Origin: Lineus longissimus
Taxonomy: Eukaryota
Length of the DNA: 64,000 bases
Assembly: GCF_910592395.1 (NCBI RefSeq)
Contig: NC_088308.1
Location: 1,178,001-1,242,000, forward strand
Direction of reading: 5' to 3'
The notes under the pieces were generated by a model. The model made no database searches. It worked only from the letters and a program-made list of their open reading frames with translations, and was not told the origin of the DNA. This document shows, one piece after another, positions 51,178-64,000 of the stretch (the first letter of the stretch is position 1; the number at the start of each line of letters is the position of its first letter). The position numbers were made by a program, and so were the translations under genes.

Positions 51178-53958
51178 CTCCAGACAGCTGACGGCGATAA
51201 TGCACCGGGTACTCCGAATTAATTCCGTCATCATATTCTCCTTTAAAAGCAATTGGATTGGTCTTAATACATGTATGTATTTTAAGCCCCAGGTCATCAT
51301 TGACCATATTTCTCCCAAGTGAACTTTCGGAAATGCCTCAGCAAAGAAATTGACTATCAGGATGTCAAAAACGCAATTTCGATATCATAGGCCTACCCTT
51401 GATGACATGGGATGGTATGGGCATCCTAGGCATTAGTGGGTGTGGGTGACCAACCCTGCAATGACTATTACTCTTATTTGAATTGTCTTTGAGGAGGCTA
51501 TTTTAGGAGTGGTTTCTTTGTCAATGTTGCATGGGTTTCGTAGCATGTGTGCTCATCCCAATTATGTATATTCTGCCATCTTGGCGTGCTCGTCAGAAAA
51601 TGAACCAGTCAATAGACATCTCTAGGAGGCTGCCAGTCCATCAATCTCCAAGCTTTGCCATTGGTACCGGTTGCTTCGTGATACTAGCGTACTTTTGTTA
51701 CGGAGCAAATGCTATCTATCCTCTCATTGTAAGATTGCCTGTCCAGGAAATGGGTGAATGCGCACTTTTAGATAAAGCAATGTTGTCCACCTTCTCTCCC
51801 ATCCCAGACACACACTCAGTCCCATCATACAATGAATTTATCGATCAGGTTGGCTTATATCAATATGCTTCAGGAACAAATGGACATGGCAGGATCAGTA
51901 TGAAGCAAGCAAGACATATTCATGATATGGCGTAGGGAGTTTGTCATCCATGGCCCCAATGCGTCAGACTTAGAACAAGTGTGAAATCAAACAATATCAT
52001 TAATACTTTGTCTGAAATCGTTTTAATTAACGGGCGAATTCAAGCTGTCACTGGTGCCTGTCCGCATTAATGTCTCTGTCGCGAACGTTGCCGTGTTTTA
52101 TTGATCCTCTCCAGTCTATAGCGCAGGCGTATTCCATCACGGGCCTCGCCTGGTCTTGACGGTGTCGGCTGGAGACTTTTAGTATTTCAAAGGATAGCCC
52201 CTTCATTATAAACAAGGAAAAGGTGGGTGCTGGTGGAGGTTTTTGTGCATGCGATGAGTTGACTGTCCTGGGGTCCAGTCGATGAGTCCTGGGCTCCAGT
52301 GAGTCAACATTCCTGATTTCAGCCACAGCAAAACATGTCCTCTCTGGACCCACCCTATTCGAACAAATAAAACATGATTCACACTTATCTCCCGGTACTG
52401 TGGAATGTTATACAACAAATGTAAATATCAAATGGATTGAAATATTGTCAGACAAAGTAAGTCTTCAGACAGTCTCCATAATTCCGAAGCATTTTCTGTG
52501 AGGAGGGACACAACACATTGGGATAAGAGTCAAAGAGGATGATTGTCATACCAGTCTTTTCTTTGCCTATCAAATGCTCTTCTAACGAAAATTTAGCTGC
52601 TCAGAAATAGGCGATCAGGCTGGCGTGGGGATTTGCGAGAACTCATTATTATTCAAAAACGTGCACACCAATGCCGCTGTAATCACCATAATATGCAATC
52701 AGCTCTCTGTCTCCATGATTTCAAACCGTCCGTTTAATCATACCTTGAAATACAAACAATCATATTTATCAAACAAAGTTATCGAAATCGATTTCTTCGC
52801 TCAAGTGTTTGGTATCTTTTGGAAAGTGAATACCAGGGCTCGTGTCAGCTTGTAAAATGACAAATGGTTGATGGATGGGGATATGATTATAAACCATGAT
52901 TAGATCGCATCTAGATCTAGCTGGCGTTTACCTGCTTATAGTTCTATTCGGGAAAAATAACGAGAGCTGAATGTTCGATTAATAATTTATTGAAAAAAAC
53001 TGCATTTGTAGTGAAATCAGCCGAAGTGTAATAATATGTGGTACCCGTGGACACCTTTAAACTTTCGTTGGTCGCCCCTAACCCGACTAAACTTCTGTGC
53101 GACGATAATAATTGGCTGAGTTTAAGTTAATCACAGCTCGAAATCACCTCACATCTGGCTTCCTAGATCAAAAAGGCATTTTACCCACTTGAGTATCAAC
53201 AGTAAGCCTTAACTTACACACTAATTGATGCTCTGAAACGTTTCAATACGCTTACAGGCTCACGGTAGGTCGGGCCCTATCTATGGTAGGTGTGATTCTT
53301 TTTGAACTTAAAAAACGCTTTTGGCTTCTTTGATCATTTGCCTGGCAGGGTAGTCTTCCAGCATCATGAGCGCACCCAGACTAGGCCGTACGAGCGTCTT
53401 GTCCAAGATCAGCATCTATAGATCTATATCTTTTATGTCTTCTGAATACATTTTTATTAATAATCAATTATTACATGCATATACATATATGTTTAATCAA
53501 GATCTTACTCGAACTTTCATGCCATTTCTTCACTACATCCACCATCATTTTTGTCATTGTAAAAATGGGACAAGGGACCACCTAGTCGGGATGGACTCCG
53601 GGATAAGATTGTAGAGTATTTGTTGATGTACGTGCAATGATGTAGATCTCTTATGTACAATGTATAGCCCATGTTGTATTTCAGCTTGGGCGTGTGATAT
53701 CGGACGTGGATATATCAATGTTGACATTGGTGGGAAGGTAGCAGGTGGGCATTACAGATCAGTCACATCAAGTATACTGTATCTCATACTTGTACAGGAG
53801 ATGTACACATGAATTGTTAAAGAACTTTTGGGTTTGCTTTCTGTCAGTGACATTTGACATTTCATCAGGTCCTGCATCAAAAAGGTGTTGAAATGGTATA
53901 CGGCGTCTTGACTGACCCTCAATGTTTTGACATAAGCTTCCAGACAACAGGTGTCAAT

Positions 53959-55983
53959 ATGGGCGGCGGCTATGGAGGCAATACCGCTGGAAGTTCAGTA
54001 TGGGTATATTTACGGTCATACCAAGGACATGTCACAAAAACACAGGAATCAAGAAATTGGTGTTTTATATGTGCATATAAGACAACGCTAATGTAATGCT
54101 TTATGAAATTAAAGGTGTTCCTATGAGCGTTGGTTTATTATTTTGGTTTAACAGTTTGATGATTTACAATCTTTTTTTGTCACGGCGAATATGTACAGGT
54201 TCAGCCTTCCATTCTATGGCTGAGTTATAATGCTTTCAACCTTCCTCTATTTCACAAATCGAATCTTGAATTTGAGCAGCTGGTGTCAGATCGAATTACG
54301 ACGATTGTTCTAAAAAGCTGTCAAAACAAACACGACATTAAGGGGTTGTTGTATAACTATATTGAATATGCTCTGGTCAACCAACCAAGCAAAAACACCA
54401 TTACTGCATGCCCCTAACCAAGTTAAAACAGTTTAAAAGAATTCAGGACAATGCCAATACACGGTCTATTCTCTTTGAACAAGCCCGTTCGCACCTAGGC
54501 TGGATTTCAATTGTACTGTCTTATCAAACTCAAAGGTAATCAGGGTAAATCTTGATAACATCGACTCCCACGAAAGAGTTTTCATGGGGGTCGATTGGCT
54601 AATAAAGGTGAATGAATCTTTCATCTTTTCAAATGTAGGTAGATGGCCTGAAAATGGAAGATGCAAAGGATGCCGAGAAAAGGGAGATCAAAGGTACGAA
54701 CTAAATTCCTTGTTTTTTAGTTCCCTATGCGAACTGGTCGTCCACCTGGACCAGAGCTAGGGTGAGGAAGCGTTCTACTTGATATATCAGGTGAGCTTCC
54801 CGCAATGATGATCGAATGTAGCTACATTTTGTGCACTTGGGCTACATAGGTTTTATTCAGACGGACTTCGATACTCCTACCATAAGCAATAAACTTACAT
54901 GTAGGCTAACGCATCGTTTATCTTACTCATTTCTCTAAAAAGCCAAAACGAAAGAATCGGTACTAGCTGCAATCCTTAAGAAATGTCATGTACCATCACT
55001 ATAGGCCTATTAAACAGTCATTGTGAACGCCTCCTCTATTGCAGAAGTTGACGCCCTCGAATCTGATGACGCCAAGAAGACAACATGGCGGCAGACGACC
55101 ATGGGGAAGATTTGTGTTGGTTTCTGGTCTGCCATCGCCTTCATCATCCTCTTCCCCATTTTGATCGTTCTCGTCATCGTGGCCTGTGTCGTCTGGCTCG
55201 TTCTTTGCCCCTGTAAGTTAATGTTAATCTCTCATCTTGTCGACTGTAGGTTTGATATTACCCTGCACCATCCGGGTCCGTTCGTTCCATACCAGGATAG
55301 CGTATATAGTCGCACGGGCGAGGTGACTGCGACCAGTCTTAAAACATGAGGTGGCTTAACTGAAGTTTCCTTCCAACTCATTGTTTTTCTATAGAAGGCC
55401 TGTTTAAACTTGAATCCCTTCCTATTTAAAGGTGATTGAATTATGGTACAAAATAAACAACAAGTATTGGAGTAATGGACAAGCCACGTGCACAGAACAG
55501 CCAAATATCAAACATTATCTTCAAGTCCAAGCTTTGAAGTAATATGTTTTGCGAGTAATCAGATGCACTATTCGTCAATGTGAACGAGTCAGTCTGGTGC
55601 TTTTGGGTTGAGTCATAGTAAATTCAAGAGCGGATGTCACCCAATAACCTTTACGTGACAAGAATACGTACGACTTTGTCCATAAAGCTACAGCTGAAAT
55701 ATTATGTCTTTTCGTCGTTTTCTTTTCAGTCAAATGTTGCTGCCCTTGCTGCGCCCCGTGCCTCACTGGTATAACTGAAGGATTATTCGCCTTGGTGAAA
55801 ATACCCAAGAAAATATTGACATGGATTTGTACGGGTCCTGTTGAAGAAGATGAAAGTGAACTAAAGGAAGTGACTGATGATGAGAAGAGTGACTATGGTA
55901 CGAATGGAGAGAGGGGCGTGACTCCTGATAAGACGAATGACTCTGTTACGAAAGGAGAGAAACCAGAAGAAACAAAGGAGTAA
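53959..55983 (+). CDS. Small Cys-rich membrane protein (TAXIMIN-like core), 4 exons, ~171 aa
   Basis: Exons 53959-53997, 54639-54693, 55045-55212 and 55730-55983 join in frame with GT-AG introns (516 nt). A long hydrophobic segment is followed by CPFKCCCPCCAPC and LVKIPKKILTWI, with charged N- and C-terminal tails. Confidence 0.85.
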
Positions 55984-57088
55984 TATTCTCTAAAAAGTGA
56001 CCAATCCATATTATAAAAGGAAACCATTATAAAAATCTAATTCTCCTCTCGTACATGCAACCTATCACAAGTCATTGGTGGCAGTTTACTTTCTATGTCG
56101 TTGTCTTCAGTAGTCTTGGAACAGGCAGCACCACTGTGTTGAATGGTACACTTGTTATAGTGCAGATAAGAAGAGTCCATTGACCAGCTGCATAGGGTAG
56201 TCAATTGAACTCGGCCAGGAAAATGTCTACCATCAACAATGTTATATGACGATCGCATGAGTATACCCCTCCAAAACAAAACACATAGTCAATGGACTCA
56301 TCGTCCTTCCTGTAATGCAGCAAGCGTACAATGAGAGACTTCATGCCAATTATGGATTAGGTGCCGGCAGGTTGAAAGCTCATTCAAGTGTTAAGGTACT
56401 GGTCCCATGTCGATTTCATACCGAACCTTATTGTATTACCACAAATAATCATATGATGAGTCTTAGTTTTGCCTTTCATTGTAGTTATTATGTACATTCT
56501 TGCGATGATGTAACACTTGCCCTTATGATGAAATACATAACAGTAAGTGCGGATATTCGTCCATGCAAATGGTGTATGTACAGTATATTGCCAAGGGCAG
56601 GCCTATATTATTAAAGAGTTTTAATGTTTAACCACCTGCCAGTCATATCTTTATTAGACAAAGTGGCTGCGTAGACCAAGTGACGAGACCTGATCATTCA
56701 AGATGCCAAAACATGCGAAGTACACGTCTTTCGTGTGTCCAACCTCCGTCCGACTGATCCAATAAACCAACCGCACACTCATTTTTACCATGTTAGGCAT
56801 CCCCAGCAAAGCTCGTGTTGGAAATGCCAACGAATCGTGACTCGAATGATTTGTCACAGACACCGTCAGAGATGTCCAATCTGAATTTCAATTACAATAA
56901 GCCAATACTGGACAATTTATACAATGGTAAAGCCAATATTGGACAAGACATAAGGTAATGACTTTGCTGATGGTTGCTGACCGGAACTAAAGTAACCTTA
57001 ATTGTATGGCTGCCATTTGCTCTACCAGTCTGCATCCGGGTCATAAGGAATTATCTTGTCAATATTCTGCTTTGCCCATTATCTTAAG

Positions 57089-58201
57089 ATGAGGAGAGGC
57101 GTTGAACTTGTAATACTGATTACATGTTTCAGTTCTGGCGCAGGAAATGGTAAGCATGGTAAGTACTCAGTATAATGATAACATTTATGAGTTTTATCGC
57201 AAAACGAGATGCGCCATCTCCAACATTGAGACATTACACAATGACTCATCTGTCCGATACAGGTCAGAGCATTTGAGCCAACAGTAAAATCTCGTAGGGT
57301 CCGTATACAGAGGATGTGTTGTTGTTATGTTGTAGGTGCGTCACCGCCAGGTTATTCTCAAAAATTACAAACAGGCTGCCCTCAAGATCGGGGTTTGGCG
57401 AATATCTCCAATAAGATGTATGCCCTGGAAATGTGCGCCGCAATGTGCGACAAAAGGGAGGAATGCGTCGCATTCTTCTTCGACATCCGTCTTCCCATGT
57501 GCCTTTTGAAAGACCACAACTGTCTCCGGACGCTTAGTGCCTCCAGCTCAGATCTCTACATCAAGATCGGTAAGTAGTAATTGTTCACATTCTTGAGAAA
57601 GATACTTCGTTCTCGCAGCTTGGCGCTTACCAGCTATGACCTAAATATCCCCCAAATTTCAACCAATTTCTCGAAGGTTGCGTATTTTGGCCAATTATCC
57701 CGAAACAGTATCGGTGCATCTTTTAATTGTATACTAATCATCAGTAAGGCCCATGGTCATGTCAGACTCAGTACTAAATATATTCCTCGTACAAGCGTGA
57801 ATCATTTCGACGAACTGTGAGATATGAGAGACCCCTATTGGTAACTCTGTGTAACTTTATCTTGCCTGCCTAGCTGCTGCCTATATTGTCCCATTAATAA
57901 AATGTTCTTCTGTTTAGATCCGGCACGGGTCGGTGCGAAGTTCCTCATAAGTTCCAAGCCATCCACAGGTGTCATTTTAGAGACTCACAGTGAGGTCCGA
58001 AACCTATTGAGATGTGGATTCCACTGCCTCCAATCAAAACTTTGCAGCGCTTTCGGCTACAGCAAGACCTCCAGCATGTGTGATCTTGTCGATGTCTTCC
58101 AAACAGATATTCTTGTTCTGGGCGGCGATCGTTCATTTTATCGTATTATTCCGATTGATGGGGTAACGTCTCCTCTTATACCTTATTCTACTTTGGACTG
58201 A
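57089..58201 (+). CDS. Secreted protein with two PAN/apple-like domains, 3 exons, ~192 aa
   Basis: Exons 57089-57149 (signal-like MRRGVELVILITCFSSGAG), 57336-57569 (CAAMCDKREECVAFFF...CLLK) and 57918-58201 (RCGFHCLQSKLCSAFGY...CDL), joined by phase-1 GT-AG introns. Confidence 0.85.
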
Positions 58202-59323
58202 TCACGAGAGTATGGTGGGTCTTTGCCGCACGTGAATGAAGATATAGGGATATGGACGAGTTCGACGGATAGGTGGAGGCCCAGATACATGGATACGGGA
58301 GGGATTTTAGTAAGAAATGTTTCTGCCCGCGGGCCTAGAAATGGAGGAGGCATAACCGGCTGGAAGAGGCGTAAGCATCGCCATCTCCAGGGCGTCTTAA
58401 GAACTGAAATTATATGTAAACTTGTTAAGTTTTGCCTCGGTGTGGTGGTCTGAAGGCATCAAATAAAAGGATTGGGGTAACACCAACCGGTCGAGTCCAT
58501 GCAGTCAGTTGCACTTTGTAAGCCTAATTTATCACACAAATTTGGACAATTTCTTTAAACGGTGATTTAAGTTTATGAGAGCAAGTTTTCCAAGACAGCC
58601 GGAAATGAGACAGCGATCTTGTGCTCTGAGAGACAAGACCACGATTGATATTTCCACTCTTTTCCCTATTGCCAAAGTAGCAAAATTCAAAATTAATTTT
58701 TTCATCAAATAATTTCTTAAAGTTAAAAAAAAATGAATATGAATATTCATTGGTGGTATTGTCCCCTGAAGGCTGTCTGAGTTCACGAATTTACACCATC
58801 TTTTGCATTCTGCTGCTCACCAGTGTAATAACATATTAAAAGACAAAAAGTTGCGGAACCGGCAAGGAAAGTAGACGACGCTTGCAATTAGCCGATAACT
58901 CTAGCATGTTAACCCTCTGGTGTGGCACTTCATTCCGTGGACTGTAAATTGGGACAGGGGATCTAAGACCACCTAACACTAATTAGCATGTGATCGTATA
59001 GCCAGCTATGGCCTCTCTAGCTTTATAACTGAAGTGTAATAAGTCTCGGCACGGAATTCACTTTTTGAAACTCGCCCAGAAGTTGGGGGTTATAAAAAAC
59101 GGGGAAAGACTACATCTCATTGGCCACCTCATCAGGCCGGACAATTTTTCGAAGAGGACAATTTCTGTCGACTTCTGCCCCTAATAGGTACACTACGGAC
59201 GCAGTGGACCGGCCCGTCTCTTACCCTATGAAGCAATATGAACAGGTGGCGAAATGGACTGCCCCGGGAGTCTACCGAGAAGAAGATTTCAGACACAACG
59301 TGACTAAAATAAAATAAAATGTT

Positions 59324-59403
59324 TGACAGCGGTGGGATTCGAACCCACGCCCTTTCGGACTGGTGCCTAAAACCAGCGCCTTAGACCACTCGGCCACGCT
59401 GCC
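59324..59403 (-). tRNA. tRNA-Leu (anticodon TAG)
   Basis: GGCAGCGTGGCCGAGTGGTCTAAGGCGCTGGTTTTAGGCACCAGTCCGAAAGGGCGTGGGTTCGAATCCCACCGCTGTCA folds as a cloverleaf with a long variable arm. A TTTT Pol III terminator lies just downstream. Confidence 0.96.
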
Positions 59404-62400
59404 AGATGCATACTGCTAGGCACCAAAGTTTATTTAAAACTTAATACACACCAGTCGTCGAACCAACAACAAAGATATTGTTACTTTTACTATGTTTAAA
59501 ATTGGTTCAAAGGCATAATCGTTTTAATTGCATGAGCTGCCTTTTTTCACTGTATTCGATCTAATTGTAAGATGCACCGTATATTCTATTCACGGTTTCG
59601 GAGTTTGATTATTGGTTTAGAATATAGACGTCAGGGCAATCGTTTCCTAATGACTCATGCGTTTGCGTCACCACTATCATCCTGTCATCAGGCCATTCCA
59701 CTCGATACATCCTTACTCCCTCAACCATGCGTAAGGAGAATTCGTGTTGTAGCCCTGTTTAAAAGAGGATGCACCACAATCGGGCTACACAGCTTATCGC
59801 AAATCATTGCGCCTTGCGGGTCAAGATGATTACATATTCCTAATAGGTAGTCCTACTGTCAGCATTGTATGACCTACTGGTACTGTACATTACCTTAGAG
59901 TAACCAGAGTAACCAGAGTAACCACCTTAGAGTAACGTCTGGTTACTCTAAGACATTACATATTTCACAAGGCAACCACTACTGGCTGTTAGCAGGGAGC
60001 TGCGTATAAATAGATGTCGTGCAGTCACACCCACCTCAAAGACACTCAAAACCCTGGAGGAGACACCACAAAACAGATCTCAAGATGGTATATCTGAATT
60101 CACCATGGTGAATTCCTTTCATCACTGAGCTATTTATGCTCATGGCCTTTATAGTACCATATACCATAATTGAGTACAATAGGGCCGACACTTTTTCCAA
60201 TGGGATATTTTCTACTATACACCGACACGGTGCTGCCCTCTGTCCATTTTACATCTAATTACGTTTCGCTTACGGTACACGAACAACAACATTGTGTGCG
60301 TGTTGTCCATGAACTGAGTTCAAAATCGTGATTTTATCGTCAAGTCACGGCTAATTTCCATCAATTTGCTGTTCAAAACGAAGTTTTTCATAAGAAGGAT
60401 ATAGTGCTGTTGTCAAATCGGCTGTTAGCGTTGGTAAGTGGGCAATTCAATGTGTTTTGTGACTGCTGAAACTGGTAGGCCTGGGCTACTGTGTATTGTA
60501 ACTACATGTGCATCCATGAGATTGAGAATGCATGGGCTGCTGTGTGCCTGGCTGTACACTACAGACTACAGTATGGCCTGTACATTACAGGCATGGAAAC
60601 TAAACAAGGTCAAGGTTGTAGCTTTGGAATTGAAATAATCACATAGGCTATGCAACCATGGTGACTTATTCAGTTATTGGATCAGATTTGGCCACTGAGT
60701 GAGTGAGTGCAAAGGAGTCTAGACCCTACAATACATTCTGTGGTGCCCTTGATTGATTAAATACACCTTTGCGAGGGTCTGGTCCATCAATTTTGAAAAT
60801 ATCGTATCAACCAACCCTACACGTACAAGCGTGCTCAGTTAAATAGCCATTTGTTATTGTCTGACTGCTCCTCTCTGTTGTAGACATGTGCATGATACAT
60901 AGCTTTGTTTTGTATGCATATATTGAGCATGCAACATACAGTGAGTCATTCAATCAATGGCAATGCAAATGCCCTTATATGACTGTATTGATGTCATCAT
61001 CATGCATCCTGTTATTTGTTGGCCTTCTTCATGAATCCCAACATCTCCGCCCAGGTGGTTGAGGTCCAATGATATTCATTCATCATGTAACATGTTCATG
61101 TGTGGGAGGTCATTTTAGAATCCACTTAAAAGGGAAGGCTCATAAATGAGATGAGAGATACCTCCATCCGTGTGACATGTCAAGGCATGTTTTGTATTGT
61201 CCAGTTGAGAATACATCTACTTGCTTTGCAATGCTTGAGTTAGGAGGCGTGAATCAGCCGTTGGATGGCGTGCCACTGCCAATACGTAGTGTTAACTATG
61301 AATAGTGCAAAGCAAAGGCACGGAAAAACCCACTGAATATCCTGAACTAAACTGGGTGAACTTGCAGGGTATCAACAGTCATATTCCAACAGTTCATGCA
61401 TTGATATTATATCAACCCTAATATAACATCACACTGACTGGCACTTCAACCCCCCCCCCCTCCCCCCCCCCCCAACCAGAAACCCCCTTAAGCCTAGGAG
61501 ATATCAAATAGTCTGAACACATATTTTCCCCGCCACGTGGTTCAGCCTGAGGCGAATGTTGTTTACGACGTGCTTAAGTAACCTTGACCTTTCATCAAAG
61601 ACTGCTGTCTGTATTGATTCTGCCAGCTCTGTCTAACCCAGCATTCACTTGCAAAGACCGATAATGCTTTTTCATGGTAACAATTTTAATTGACTTTTCC
61701 ATGTTTGATATTTTGGGAGGATTCCAACCTTATAATTAGAATTAGATCTAAGTATAAATCTCTTCAGCTAAAAGGTGAACGTAAGGAGAATCTGTGAGAG
61801 ACTTTTCTACTTGTATTGTAGCAGGCCTACATTGTATTTCATGTGTAGACAGTCTGACATATGTAGAGACCAAACGTTTCATCCTGTTTGCATCGTACCG
61901 TGTAGGACCGACCAGCTGGTCTTGATCCTTCCTCTTGTCACGTGATCTGTCCATTGGCATTGACCATGTTGACCGTTGTCATCTAAACCTATTATTGTTG
62001 TTAGTCTGCCTGCCTATTTTGGTTTTCCGATATCAGTCCTTGGACTTCTACATAAGCTCGGGCAAACTAATTTTAGGCTTATAACACCATTCGACATGTT
62101 GATCTACAATCTATGTACTTCATCGAATGGTCATTCTCTGTGATCTGATCTTGGTGCTCAATCCCACCCCCGCACTCCCACTCCCAGGCACGACAAATTT
62201 CCAGACATTCATTAGTCTCCCTGGTGTTCATCGAGGGGAAGGAATCACCCCACCAGTTACCATGGTAACACGATCCCTTGGTTGCCTGGTACATTGTAGT
62301 AGTAACTGTGATCGAGATTTTACTGGCTGTATTCAATTGGTAGATCGTATATTTTTGTACATGTATGCATGGTTACAACTTGCAATTGCATCTAAAATAC

Positions 62401-63593
62401 ATGAAGTACTGGCATGTAACTTGTGCGCAATTTGTCTCTGGAATTAGTGAAAATTAAGTTAGGCCTGCATTCCGTTTTTTTGGTGATGCCTTTTGATTGC
62501 AGTTTGATCAATCTTTGGCAAAAAACCATAAATTTGCAAGAAAACCCAACATATCTCATGTTCAAGTTGTCCCTTCATGTTGCAGACCAAAGTTGACGTG
62601 TTTGACTTGAACATATTACCCAAAGAGTAACAACAACAGTAGTGTGCCCAAGGACAGGTATTTTGCTTCACCATTCACTGTCACTGCTCTTATAAAAACA
62701 ATTGGAAATCAAAGTTTGAAGTGTAGAATTTTGTGATGCCCTAAGTCAATAATTGTGAAGGTCATGTTGATCTAGACGATATGAAATACTGATGTCCGTG
62801 ATTGCATGCTGTCAAATGTGTGTCCAATATGAGTGACCCAGACATATCATATCATCGAACAATGCAGTAATCAGCATCTGGCTCCGTGTAGGAGGTTGAC
62901 GTCACTTCAATAAATGGTATTTTGTCATGTGACAATAGTCTTAGAGTACTCTGTAATGACGTCAGTGGGTTGTAGTGTCTCTCTCTGGCACTTGGTGTCA
63001 GTGAGTGTACTGTATTGATAAACAAAATTTATAGACATTTACTTTTCTGGGTCATGACATCAGTCTGTGCTGAACAAATCGTGTTTTGAAAGTGGACATA
63101 ACTGGTCTGAGGACAGGATAGGTCATATCAATAATCATCTGGTAAAGGAACGTAAAAGGAATATCAAGGCCTTCATATTACTCAGGCAAGCTTGTTTTAT
63201 GTAAAAGTAAACATTTCTAGTGAGTACTATTCAACTAGTGTACAAACTTTACAAATTTCTTTCGAATTTGCATTAGTTAGATTCAATGATGAATCTTTTC
63301 CTGATATTGACATCAGAAGAGAAACTACAGAAAATCCTTGTTTCAGAAAATGCACAGAGCTGTTAAAAATTGCCATGTAATACATAATACTAATTCAGAA
63401 TAATGCCTTTCTCATTTCAGATTGAGTGAGACCTGTCTGTTAACCTACGACCTGTTCTGTCGTCTCCTGCCTCAGCTGCAGCAGACGTGATCTCCAGGAA
63501 GGATCAACCCTCTGTTACGCTGGATCTCTTGTTGTTATCGTATCTCATCATTTCCTCCGGGATACCTACCGCTGATCATACATCATCAAAACC

Positions 63594-64000
63594 ATGTACC
63601 CACAAGTCGATAGTGCTGCAGGAGCGGGAGTGGAGAGCGCCAGCGGAACCAATACATTCGACTCTCCCCAAGATTCTGGGATGGAATCCGACGACTCCGA
63701 TGATGACATGGACATGGACATGGACGCCTGCATGGTAGACAGTGATGAGGATTTCTTCTCAACGAAGAGCATGACAAAAAGTGATGAAGAAGAGGAAAAA
63801 GAGGAACCCGTGGCCACCGCTGATGCTCCGAGCGAGCTGCCACCGAGTTTCAAAATGTCGCTACGACAGCGCCGCGTGAGTAAATCAGAAACGCTACCAC
63901 TGCTGAACATCCAGCGAGCAATGCAGTTGCAGGGACGAGGAGGGTTTACTATCCCTTTGGCAGTACCAGAATCTCAAACACGCTTTTCAGGGCGGCAGAA
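63594..64000 (+). CDS. 5' part of a protein with an acidic, probably disordered N-terminus; runs off the window
   Basis: Splice acceptor at 63420 and ATG in context AAAACCATG. The frame is open to the window end: MYPQVDSAAG...QDSGMESDDSDDDMDMDMD...RQRRVSKSETLPLL... Confidence 0.7.
   Translation, partial: MYPQVDSAAGAGVESASGTNTFDSPQDSGMESDDSDDDMDMDMDACMVDSDEDFFSTKSMTKSDEEEEKEEPVATADAPSELPPSFKMSLRQRRVSKSETLPLLNIQRAMQLQGRGGFTIPLAVPESQTRFSGRQ

Noticed and set aside
51531..51935. 134-aa ORF, and likewise 40305-40718 and the many short ORFs antisense to real genes
   Set aside because: No recognisable motifs, composition bias or splice support.

Overview
This is eukaryotic animal DNA: spliceosomal GT-AG introns and metazoan gene families, probably a marine invertebrate, though the taxon cannot be fixed from this window. 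Most real genes are multi-exon and poorly captured by the ORF track, so I reconstructed them by hand from splice sites and phases. From left to right: an intronless peptide-type GPCR (-); a 4-exon core-2/I-branching GlcNAc transferase (+); an 18-exon RUN-PDZ-PTB protein (+); an intronless heparan sulfate 3-O-sulfotransferase (-); a 13-exon secreted, extremely cationic Trp-rich helical protein (+); a 2-exon Shaw-like Kv channel with a degenerate S4 and S6 gate (-); a decaying or truncated secreted Cys-helical-repeat/PAN gene (-); a small Cys-rich membrane protein resembling plant TAXIMIN (+); a secreted two-PAN protein (+); tRNA-Leu(TAG) (-); and the 5' part of an acidic protein running off the right edge. 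The decaying gene's introns hold a 2.5-kb almost fully palindromic transposon (TAC..GTA ends, 6-bp TSD, combinatorial subterminal arrays), MITEs and minisatellites. Gene models and family assignments come from reading the sequence and from recalled motifs; no database search was run.
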